Assembly: GCF_900199515.1 (NCBI RefSeq)
Contig: NZ_LT963434.1
Location: 2,042,180-2,074,179, forward strand
Length of the DNA: 32,000 bases
Direction: 5' to 3'
Origin: Massilicoli timonensis
Lineage (GTDB): Bacteria; Bacillota_I; Bacilli_A; Erysipelotrichales; Erysipelotrichaceae
In this document: positions 7,275 to 14,721 of the stretch, piece after piece
How the letters are laid out: every line of letters begins with the position of its first letter
How positions within the stretch are numbered: position 1 is the first letter of the stretch
Program-made: the position numbers and the translations under genes
The notes under the pieces: model-generated
What the model was told of the DNA's origin: nothing
The model's input: only the letters and a program-made list of their open reading frames with translations
The model's database searches: none

Positions 7275-9756
7275 ATGAAAAAGAAAGTATCGTTGCTTTT
7301 GGCAAGTCTATGCCTGATGCTAGGCATGGCAGTAAAACCGAACATGATTTTTGCCCAGGGGGGGGGGTACTGTAAATCAGTACTCTGAAACTGAGATTGG
7401 CGGATTAACGCTGGATGATTGGGATTGGAGACCTGGACCAAATGGGATCTCATTAAAAAAATATAAAGGGAATGCCGTAAATGTTGTCATTCCATCAGAG
7501 TTTGAAGAAAGACCAGGTGTATCAGTAGAGATTGCAACTTTTGATGGAATGTTTGATAATCTTGAGAAAGAAAATCCAACAGCAGATATAGACGGTTATG
7601 ACCACTATAATACATTAGTATCATTAAAAATAGGAACGACTAGCCAGAAAGTAGCACTTGGAACAGAATCCCTTCGAGGTGCATTTTGTCCAATTAAATA
7701 TGATGGTCTTTTTGATGTGCTGGAAACAATAGATTTGAGTGGTTTGGATACAAGTGGTGTTACAGATATGTCTAATATGTTTATGTCTTGTATTTCACTT
7801 AAAGAAATAAAAGGCTTAGAAACGCTAGACACAAGTAAAGTCGAAACTATGAATGCAATGTTTTGGGATTGCCCTTTATTAAAAAATTTAGATTTGACCC
7901 ATTTCAATACAGAGAATGTAAAAGATATGAGTTATATGTTTATGGCTTGTCTCAACTTAGAAAGTTTGGATGTTAACAGTTTTGACACGAGTAAAGTTGA
8001 AAGAATGGACTATATGTTTACTATGTGCGAAAATCTAAAAAATATAGAAGGACTAAATCATTTTGATACAAGCAAAGTAGAGAATATGTATGGAATGTTT
8101 TCCGATTGTGAAAAAATCAATGTTTTTGATTTAAGCAGCTTTGACTTAAGTGGGTTCAAAACAAGTAACGCGGACAGAATGGCAGAAATATTTGACTGTG
8201 ATGATTTTATTGACGATCCGATTCCTACCATTATCATTACGGAAGATGAAAAACTAATCGAAAGATATAATGATCCTGACAGTATCAAAGGGAGAATCCC
8301 TTATTTTGGCAATGTTTCTTTTGATGCCAATGGCGGTGTATTTGCAGATGGAAGCACAAAGCAATTTACGGTTGTAAATGATGAAACCAATCACTTTATC
8401 TATGCAAATGAAACAGAGGTCGATCAAGCAAAAGCTGCTGTATCCGCAGTGCCGGGAACTGACATTCTGATGAATAACCCATCTACTAGTCTAAGCAAAG
8501 AGGGAAGCGTATTCAATGGCTGGTATTTAGATGAAGCATGTACGAAGCCATTTGATGAAGCAACAACGATCGACTTTACGACATTAGCGAACGGTACGCT
8601 GCACTTATATGCGGGATACAGTGAACCGCTTCAAGCAGTCGAACTGATCGCATATGAAGGAGGATCGGGAACCGACGCCAGCAATCATGGCGATGCCTTG
8701 CCGGAACCGCAATGGGAAGAAGGCTTGGAAAGCTATGCGATCAGCGTAGATGGAGAAGCATGGGATCTGGAAGAAGAGGGAGTGCCATTTGCATGGGAAT
8801 ATCGAAACAGCGAGGGAGAGAAGGTAGAGAGCGCAGCGAAAGCGGGAAGCTATGCACTGTATGCATTACCAAGAGTAGATGATAAAGAGATCCGATTAGA
8901 TGAACACATATTGAGTATACCGGAAGAAGGGATGGCAGTAGGGGAAGTAAAGGTAAGAGAAGTAAGCGATGAAAGTGCAGAGACACTGAGCAGTGAGATC
9001 TATAAGGGTGTATATGAAGAAGAAGGAGCATGCCAGATCAAAGAGGCACATGCACATGTAAAAGCAGGGACGCAGTTTTATAAGAACGGGAATACGATGT
9101 ATCCGGTAAATGAAGATGCGAAGATCGTGCTGTTATGGGATGAATTGATCGAAGAGGTATTGGGATCAGCAGAACGGATGGAAGCACTGCATGCAAAGGG
9201 AATGGAAGCAGTGAAAGGGATGGATGAAACGAAGGAAGTAAAAAGAGAGTTTCGGTATTTGGATCTGGTCGATCAAAATGACGGGAACTTATGGGTAGGA
9301 ACGGAAAAGGAAACGGTAAGCGTATATTATCCATATCCAGAAGGAAGCGAAGAAGGGGATCGGTTTGCGGTCGTGTATTATGAGGGATTGACAAGAGATT
9401 ACACGATGCAGATGAGCGAAGAGGCTTTGGATGAAGAGATCGCAAAGAGCAAGGCGAGAGAGATAGAAGTAAGAAAGACAGAGGGTGGATTGGAGTTTGA
9501 GGTAGGAAGCAAGGAGTTTGGGACATTTGAGGTGATGTGGCAGAAGGAAGAGAAACCGACAGAGCCGGAGGAGAAGCCGAATACACCAAATGAAGAGGAA
9601 AAGGGAGAAAGCAATATCGAGGAGATCAAGAAAGAGGAGAGCGAAGCAGTACATACAGGAGATGAAGTAAGCAAGGGAATGTATTATGTGCTGCTAGGGG
9701 GAAGTATGATCGTGTTCGCTGCAATGTTACGCAAGAACAGAAGAAGCGAACAGTAG
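7275..9756 (+). CDS. BspA-type (DUF285-like) leucine-rich-repeat surface protein, frameshifted at a G10 tract (signal-peptide ORF 7275-7388, body ORF 7351-9756)
   Basis: ATG 7275 encodes signal peptide MKKKVSLLLASLCLMLGMAVKPNMIFAQ. The body has six DTSxVxxMxxMFxxCxxL repeats, a Listeria-Bacteroides-type repeat (NVSFDANGG...GSVFNGWYLDEACTKPF), a Glu-rich region, and a C-terminal TM with basic tail. The two parts are in different frames and would be joined by removing one G. Confidence 0.8.
7358..7367 (+). repeat. homopolymeric G10 tract
   Basis: Counted directly: cccaGGGGGGGGGGtac. Confidence 0.95.
7729..8205 (+). repeat. six tandem LRR units of about 26 aa (protein-level repeat)
   Basis: The core (D/N/K)T(S/E)x(V/A)xxM recurs at body-ORF residues about 133, 160, 186, 212, 239 and 270. 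Confidence 0.8.
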
Positions 9757-9772
9757 TAAAACAATGCAAATG

Positions 9773-9803
9773 AGCAGGTAGGAAAGACTGCCTGCTTTCT
9801 TTA
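9773..9803 (+). terminator. rho-independent terminator
   Basis: 9-bp stem AGCAGGTAG/CTGCCTGCT (one G-U) followed by TTTCTTT. Confidence 0.65.
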
Positions 9804-9820
9804 AGAAATATGAGTAAAAT

Positions 9821-9877
9821 AAAACCATATCTGTCAAACATGTCCTAATAAATAAGACTTGCTCAGATATGGTTTTT
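9821..9877. terminator. bidirectional hairpin between convergent genes
   Basis: Perfect 13-bp arms AAAACCATATCTG/CAGATATGGTTTT with a 30-nt loop. A/T runs lie on both sides. Confidence 0.55.
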
Positions 9878-9913
9878 CTTTCAGAAATCATCATTTACAT
9901 GATGATTTCAGCG

Positions 9914-11572
9914 CTATGATTGGAAATAGAAATCACTGAAATCATACTTGAATACGCGATACGCATATTTCTCTGCTTCATAGTGATATTCACGAATCAG
10001 ATTGCCTTCCTTGTCATATTCATTGAAGCAGTTGGATTTTCCGGAGCTGCTGATCAAGTGATCCTGATACCATTCACAGCTAGAAACGATGCTGGAATAA
10101 GGCAGTGCAACTTGATCCACCAAAGTATAAGTGCCGCTGTTTTCATCAACAAGGTATTGATAATAATAAGAGGCAGTTCCTTCTGTGTAAGTGCCGGCGC
10201 CGATAAATGCGCTCCAGTCCAGATCCTGTCTGGTCCTTGCATTGGTAAAGTTGTTATTGAACATATACAGGTAATACTGTCCTTCCGGTAAACTATCATC
10301 TGCTAAATAAGTGATGGTGTGCTGACCTGACTGTGAGATGAAGTCTGTACCTTTCGCATAGAGAAGCGTATGCGCATCATCATCGTTTTCCTGATATAAG
10401 GAAGCATCTGCTAAGAAATAGGAAATGCTTGGATTGTTTCGATAATCACTGATCTTGATAATGGTACTTAATTCACGAGAGCTGACGATCAGATCATCGC
10501 CCATAAAATCAAAGAAATTGAGATGTATCCAGTCTAATTCATCTCCGCCGTAGGTATTGCCTTCTTCCGGTGATACAGCTTTTGCATATAACTGCGGCAA
10601 TAGATCTTTCATATCAACAAGTTCTTTGACTTCATTCGTTTCCAGGTCTAACGAGATCATCACATCTTCGATGGTCATGTCATTGTCCTCATTTACCAAT
10701 ATGACGAGTTCATTATGTTCTTCATCATAGCGAAATTCATGGTGCTGTTTATAAGAACCGATAGAATAGAGATTGGTGATCTTGCCAAGTTGATTTACAG
10801 TCATAAAGCCATTTTTGCTATAACTGTATAACAGTTCATCACCGACTTGTTCGATGCGGTCGCTGCGATAATTCTTTAATGGCAGTTCACCGCGCAAGAC
10901 ACCGTCATTGTCATACAGGTATATATTGGAATTAAATGATTTATCTAATCCGAAAACCGCAAATAGGCCATCACTCAGTTCTTGTGCGGAATCACCGTTC
11001 TCGATGGCAAGCTGTGTATTGTTTTGAGTAGCACACTGCGGCATTTCAATCGTGTAAGTGTGGGTTGCAATCGTTTTTCCTTTATCGTCGCTGTAAGTGA
11101 GCGTTAAAGTGTTTTTCTCTCCATAGACAAAGCCAATGACCTGTGAAGCATACCCTTCTTCTATTGCGACAGTAACAGCAGTCTTGGAAAAATCTTGGAT
11201 CGTTTCATCTTCCACATGGATCTCATAAGAAAGAGTATAGGCTTCATCTCCGTGATAGGCTACTAGCAAGGAGGAGGTATTGGTGCCGAAAGGGTTGTAT
11301 AACAGCAGTGGAGAGGCCACCGTATATTCATCTAATGCTTCTGTGATTTTATCCTCTACGACACTTTGATAATTAAGCGAATAGATCGAATCCGCATCGG
11401 CATCTACCTCATAAACAGATTCCCCTAGTGTTTCAGAAGGAATGATGCGTGTGTGAAGGGAACGCCAAAAAGTCGTTTTTTGAATCTGATTGCTGGAAAA
11501 GCCATAGATGATCCCGCCGGCAACTGCCAGACATAGAATGCCAGCGATTACCCAGTGTTTTTTCTTTTTCAT
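9914..11572 (-). CDS. membrane-anchored arylsulfate sulfotransferase (ASST)-like beta-propeller protein
   Basis: N-terminal anchor MKKKKHWVIAGILCLAVAGGIIYGF. YKQHHEFRYDEEHNELVIL and DWIHLNFFDFMGDDLIVSSRELSTIIKI resemble remembered ASST motifs (HHE..., DWxHxN...SSR...IKI). Confidence 0.6.
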   Translation of the reverse strand: MKKKKHWVIAGILCLAVAGGIIYGFSSNQIQKTTFWRSLHTRIIPSETLGESVYEVDADADSIYSLNYQSVVEDKITEALDEYTVASPLLLYNPFGTNTSSLLVAYHGDEAYTLSYEIHVEDETIQDFSKTAVTVAIEEGYASQVIGFVYGEKNTLTLTYSDDKGKTIATHTYTIEMPQCATQNNTQLAIENGDSAQELSDGLFAVFGLDKSFNSNIYLYDNDGVLRGELPLKNYRSDRIEQVGDELLYSYSKNGFMTVNQLGKITNLYSIGSYKQHHEFRYDEEHNELVILVNEDNDMTIEDVMISLDLETNEVKELVDMKDLLPQLYAKAVSPEEGNTYGGDELDWIHLNFFDFMGDDLIVSSRELSTIIKISDYRNNPSISYFLADASLYQENDDDAHTLLYAKGTDFISQSGQHTITYLADDSLPEGQYYLYMFNNNFTNARTRQDLDWSAFIGAGTYTEGTASYYYQYLVDENSGTYTLVDQVALPYSSIVSSCEWYQDHLISSSGKSNCFNEYDKEGNLIREYHYEAEKYAYRVFKYDFSDFYFQS

Positions 11573-11782
11573 GTCATGCCTTCTTTCTGTATTGTCATTA
11601 TATTATGATTATAACGGAAATACCTGAAATGAGACTGAAAAAAGTGAAAAATATAGGATTGATTCGTGCTTTTTTAAGGTATTATACGGGGTTTATGGAA
11701 AGATCGTAAGGCTGCATCTAGAAATGTATGATTCGAGCATAAACAGGTGAAAGCAAAAAAATCATTTTTTTGAAAAAAGGAC

Positions 11783-11811
11783 TAGTCAAACACTTTGTTT
11801 TATGGTATTAT
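11783..11811 (+). promoter_or_regulatory. promoter TAGTCA-17-TATTAT (TGg extended -10) for tRNA-Gly
   Basis: Hexamers at 11783-11788 and 11806-11811, with TG at 11803-11804. Confidence 0.45.
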
Positions 11812-11829
11812 ATGAAAGCACTGAGCAAT

Positions 11830-11903
11830 GCAGATGTAGTTTAATGGTAGAACACAACCTTGCCAAGGTTGATACGGGGGTTCGATTCCCCTCATCTGCT
11901 CCA
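11830..11903 (+). tRNA. tRNA-Gly (anticodon GCC)
   Basis: Hand-folded: acceptor GCAGATG/CATCTGC, anticodon stem CAACC/GGTTG with loop TTGCCAA, T arm GGGGG-TTCGATT-CCCCT, encoded CCA. Confidence 0.95.
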
Positions 11904-11913
11904 TAAAAAAAGC

Positions 11914-11948
11914 AACTTACGAGTTCATAAAGGCTCGTAAGTTTTTTT
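11914..11948 (+). terminator. rho-independent terminator
   Basis: Perfect 10-bp stem AACTTACGAG/CTCGTAAGTT followed by seven T. Confidence 0.85.
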
Positions 11949-12321
11949 ATATTTTTTTCAACTGGTTTTTCATTATATATTAGTTTCCAGATCTTGAAAG
12001 AATTGGTTATTTTTCATTTTGAATATCTTTATATATGAATATTACATCTTCTTAAATGAGATTGCTCGTTTCGCTTAACTGTTTCTTTCCTTTCGGCTGA
12101 GCCCAGTCAGTAAATTTTTCAGGCGCATGTCCGAAAACGGCTAGACATAAAACATCATTTTGCGGTAATCTATAGGTAAGGAGATCTAAGATGAAAAAGT
12201 TTAAGCAGAAGGACTTATATGAGATTCTTCGCTCATGGACAGAACAGATGGAATGAATGAGTGATAAAACGCGCCAAAAGATGCTGATGATTATTTTAAG
12301 ATCGGATAGGAGGGAAAAGCG

Positions 12322-12861
12322 ATGATCGAAATAACATACTATCAATCACCGATTGGAGAACTGCTGCTGGCAGCGAAAAACGATAAGCTGATCGGTTTGT
12401 GGATAAAGGATCAAAAATATTATTTATCGAATGTTCAGGAAGAGCTGAAAGAGAGAAGCGATCATGCTCTTTTGAATCAAACAAAGGAATGGCTGGATCG
12501 ATATTTCAATGGCGAAAAGCCTTCGATAAAGGAGCTGGAGCTAGAGCCGATCGGGAGCGAGTTCAGAAAAAGGGTATGGGAAATCCTATGTGAGATCCCT
12601 TATGGCGAAGTCATGACTTATCATGACATAGCGAAGCGAATTGCAAAAGAAAAGGGAATCAAACGCATGTCTGCACAGGCAGTCGGCGGTGCAGTGGGAC
12701 ATAATCCGATCTCTATCATTATTCCCTGTCACAGAGTCGTAGGAAGCAATGGCAGTCTGATCGGATATGCAGGAGGCATCCAAAGAAAGAAATATTTGCT
12801 GGAACACGAAAAGGCAGATATGAGCAAGTTATTTGTACCGGTGAAAGGAACCGCAATCTAA
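12322..12861 (+). CDS. ogt: methylated-DNA--protein-cysteine S-methyltransferase, copy 1
   Basis: Active site IIPCHRVVGSNGSLIGYAGG, plus the N-terminal domain and helix-turn-wing segment YGEVMTYHDIA. Confidence 0.9.
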   Translation: MIEITYYQSPIGELLLAAKNDKLIGLWIKDQKYYLSNVQEELKERSDHALLNQTKEWLDRYFNGEKPSIKELELEPIGSEFRKRVWEILCEIPYGEVMTYHDIAKRIAKEKGIKRMSAQAVGGAVGHNPISIIIPCHRVVGSNGSLIGYAGGIQRKKYLLEHEKADMSKLFVPVKGTAI

Positions 12862-12908
12862 GCGATCTGTTTTTATGATCAGCAGATGAGCAAACAATGG
12901 AGGGAAGC

Positions 12909-13442
12909 ATGATGTATCGCAAACAATATCGATCTCCGCTTGGAATGATCACCTTAAACGCAGACGGAGAAAATCTGACAGCAGTCTGTTTTGAAGACGG
13001 AAAAGATTATGGAAGGTATATACAGGATGGGGAAGAAAGGGATCTGCCGATATTCGATGAGGCAATCCAATGGCTGGATCAATACTTTCAAGGGAAAGAT
13101 CCGGGTCCGATCCCCCGATATAAGCGAAATGATATGACGCCGTTCAGACAGGAAGTAATTGATGAACTGTTAAAAATTCCCTATGGGCAAACAGTTACAT
13201 ACCGTGATCTGGCAAAAGCGATCTGCGCAAAAAGAGGATGGAAAAGAATGTCGGCGCAGGCTGTCGGCGGTGCGGTCGGATGGAATCCGATTTGTATCAT
13301 GATCCCCTGTCACAGAGTCGTAGGAAGCAATGGCAGTCTGATTGGATATGGGGGAGGCATCCATAATAAGTTAAAACTTCTTGCATTAGAAGGCGTGGAT
13401 ACAAACAGTTATACGATACCTAAGAAAGGAACCGCTTTATAA
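12909..13442 (+). CDS. ogt: methylated-DNA--protein-cysteine S-methyltransferase, copy 2
   Basis: Active site MIPCHRVVGSNGSLIGYGGG. GGAGGGA SD at 12899-12905 favours ATG 12909 or 12912 over 12897. Confidence 0.9.
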   Translation: MMYRKQYRSPLGMITLNADGENLTAVCFEDGKDYGRYIQDGEERDLPIFDEAIQWLDQYFQGKDPGPIPRYKRNDMTPFRQEVIDELLKIPYGQTVTYRDLAKAICAKRGWKRMSAQAVGGAVGWNPICIMIPCHRVVGSNGSLIGYGGGIHNKLKLLALEGVDTNSYTIPKKGTAL

Positions 13443-14020
13443 TGGAACAGGCAAAAAGAAGATGCCGTTGGGTAAACGTAAAAAATCCGCTTTCTGTCAA
13501 ATATCATGATCATGAATGGGGGAACCCGCATTATGATGATAAGTATCTGTTTGAGTTTTTGGTATTAGAGTCTTTTCAGGCGGGCTTGTCTTGGGAGTGT
13601 GTGCTGAACAAAAGAGAGGTATTGCGGGAAGCATTTGATGGTTTTGACTACGATCAGATAAGCCGATATGATGAAGAGAAAATCAATGCGCTTTGCAGTT
13701 ATCCTAACATGATCAAAAACAAATTAAAAATAAAGGCTGCGGTAACGAATGCAAAAGTATTTATCGAAATACAAAAAGAGCATGGCAGTTTCGCTAACTA
13801 TATTTGGGCCTTTTCCGATCATAAGGTAATCAAAAATGTGGACGATCAGTTTCATGTTACTTCGGCACTGTCAGATACAGTTTCAAAAGATTTAAGAAAA
13901 AGAGGGATGAAATTCGTTGGCTCCATCATCATATATTCTTATTTGCAGGCTATTGGCATGATTGATGACCATGAATTAGGATGTGATTTTTATAAGCGTG
14001 ACGGTGATGAGAAAGGATGA
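13442..14020 (+). CDS. tag: DNA-3-methyladenine glycosylase I
   Basis: YHDHEWGNP...LFEFLVLESFQAGLSWECVLNKRE is the Tag signature. The start overlaps the ogt2 stop (TAATG). Confidence 0.9.
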   Translation: MEQAKRRCRWVNVKNPLSVKYHDHEWGNPHYDDKYLFEFLVLESFQAGLSWECVLNKREVLREAFDGFDYDQISRYDEEKINALCSYPNMIKNKLKIKAAVTNAKVFIEIQKEHGSFANYIWAFSDHKVIKNVDDQFHVTSALSDTVSKDLRKRGMKFVGSIIIYSYLQAIGMIDDHELGCDFYKRDGDEKG

Positions 14021-14104
14021 AGGATGACTTGTCATTAAGAACGGATGCGAAACCCTGCATGGATGCCGGATATCGGCTTCCATCATGCGCATAGGAGGGA
14101 AATC

Positions 14105-14139
14105 AAAAGCTTACAGACAATGCGATCTGTAAGCTTTTT
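14105..14139. terminator. bidirectional rho-independent terminator (tag / merR convergent)
   Basis: Perfect 13-bp arms AAAAGCTTACAGA/TCTGTAAGCTTTT with an 8-nt loop. Confidence 0.85.
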
Positions 14140-14171
14140 ACTTTATCAATGATGTTTCGCGTATGCCATGT

Positions 14172-14615
14172 TTAGCGGTGCGTACGTTCATACTTTGCTC
14201 TGATTTCCTCCGGCATTTCCTGCGGCTTGATGTTTTTGACCTTTGCTTCTGTACGCTCTGCACATGCCATGTCATAATACCAGCATTTATAATCAATGAA
14301 GTCCATGACATTTTGCAGCTCCTGCATTTTTTCCTGTACTTCTTTTTTACGCTGGTAAAACAGTTCTCTTCTCAGTTCGATCGTTTGATCGCCTTCTTTG
14401 CACCAATCAAGGAAGCGTTTGATGTCTTCTAGCTGCATGCCTGCTTTTTTCAAACACTCAATGACGGTCAAAGTTTCGATCTGGGCATTACCGAATTTAC
14501 GGATGCCGGAGGGATCGCGCTTGATCGTTTCCGTAAATAAACCGATCTTGTCATAGTAGCGCAAGGTCGATACCGTTAATTGAAACATATTGGCAACTTC
14601 TCCGATGTTATACAT
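14172..14615 (-). CDS. MerR-family transcriptional regulator (AdhR/NmlR-like Cys context)
   Basis: MYNIGEVANMFQLTVSTLRYYDKIGLF is a MerR HTH. Start is at the Met preceded by AAAGGAAG. Cys54 sits in the context IECLKKAGM. Confidence 0.85.
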   Translation of the reverse strand: MYNIGEVANMFQLTVSTLRYYDKIGLFTETIKRDPSGIRKFGNAQIETLTVIECLKKAGMQLEDIKRFLDWCKEGDQTIELRRELFYQRKKEVQEKMQELQNVMDFIDYKCWYYDMACAERTEAKVKNIKPQEMPEEIRAKYERTHR

Positions 14616-14649
14616 AAACAACTTCCTTTCTAAAATCATCAAAATATGC

Positions 14650-14680
14650 TTGACCTAAAGTTAGGTTTATCCTACATAAT
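14650..14680 (+). promoter_or_regulatory. MerR-type promoter: TTGACC-19-CATAAT with dyad ACCTAA-AG-TTAGGT
   Basis: TTGACC 14650-14655, 19-nt spacer, CATAAT 14675-14680. The perfect 6-2-6 palindrome is at 14653-14666. Confidence 0.65.
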
Positions 14681-14707
14681 TATAGTGTGGCAGATGGTAT
14701 CTGTCAA
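14679..14707 (-). promoter_or_regulatory. consensus promoter TTGACA-17-TATAAT for merR (minus strand)
   Basis: The complement of 14702-14707 is TTGACA and the complement of 14679-14684 is TATAAT, with exactly 17 nt between them. Confidence 0.7.
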
Positions 14708-14721
14708 GAAAGGGTGATCAT

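Noticed and set aside
7351-7353. TTG at 7351 as the genuine start of the surface-protein body, which would mean no frameshift.
   Set aside because: It has no SD and lies inside the codons of a perfect upstream signal peptide that does have a strong SD. A protein starting there would lack any export signal despite LRR, wall-anchor-like architecture.
8741-9841. Cluster of long minus-strand ORFs (96, 183, 121, 91 and 71 aa) antisense to the 3' half of the surface-protein gene.
   Set aside because: The sense strand here is extremely purine- and GAA/GAG-rich (Glu-rich region), which removes stop codons from the antisense frames. The antisense products are low-complexity Leu/Ser/Pro strings with no SD sequences.
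4999-11903. The region bounded by tRNA-Arg and tRNA-Gly (hydrogenase, surface protein, ASST) as an integrated genomic island.
   Set aside because: No integrase, recombinase or transposase is present. I found no direct repeat of either tRNA 3' end downstream. Each gene has an ordinary promoter and terminator. Compositional differences are only judged by eye.
12052-12345. 97-aa minus-strand ORF in the spacer after tRNA-Gly.
   Set aside because: No SD. The start lies inside the ogt1 5' end. The composition is not protein-like except for a short C-terminal stretch (GHAPEKFTDWAQPKGKKQ), which could at most be a gene remnant. There is not enough evidence to call a gene or a pseudogene.
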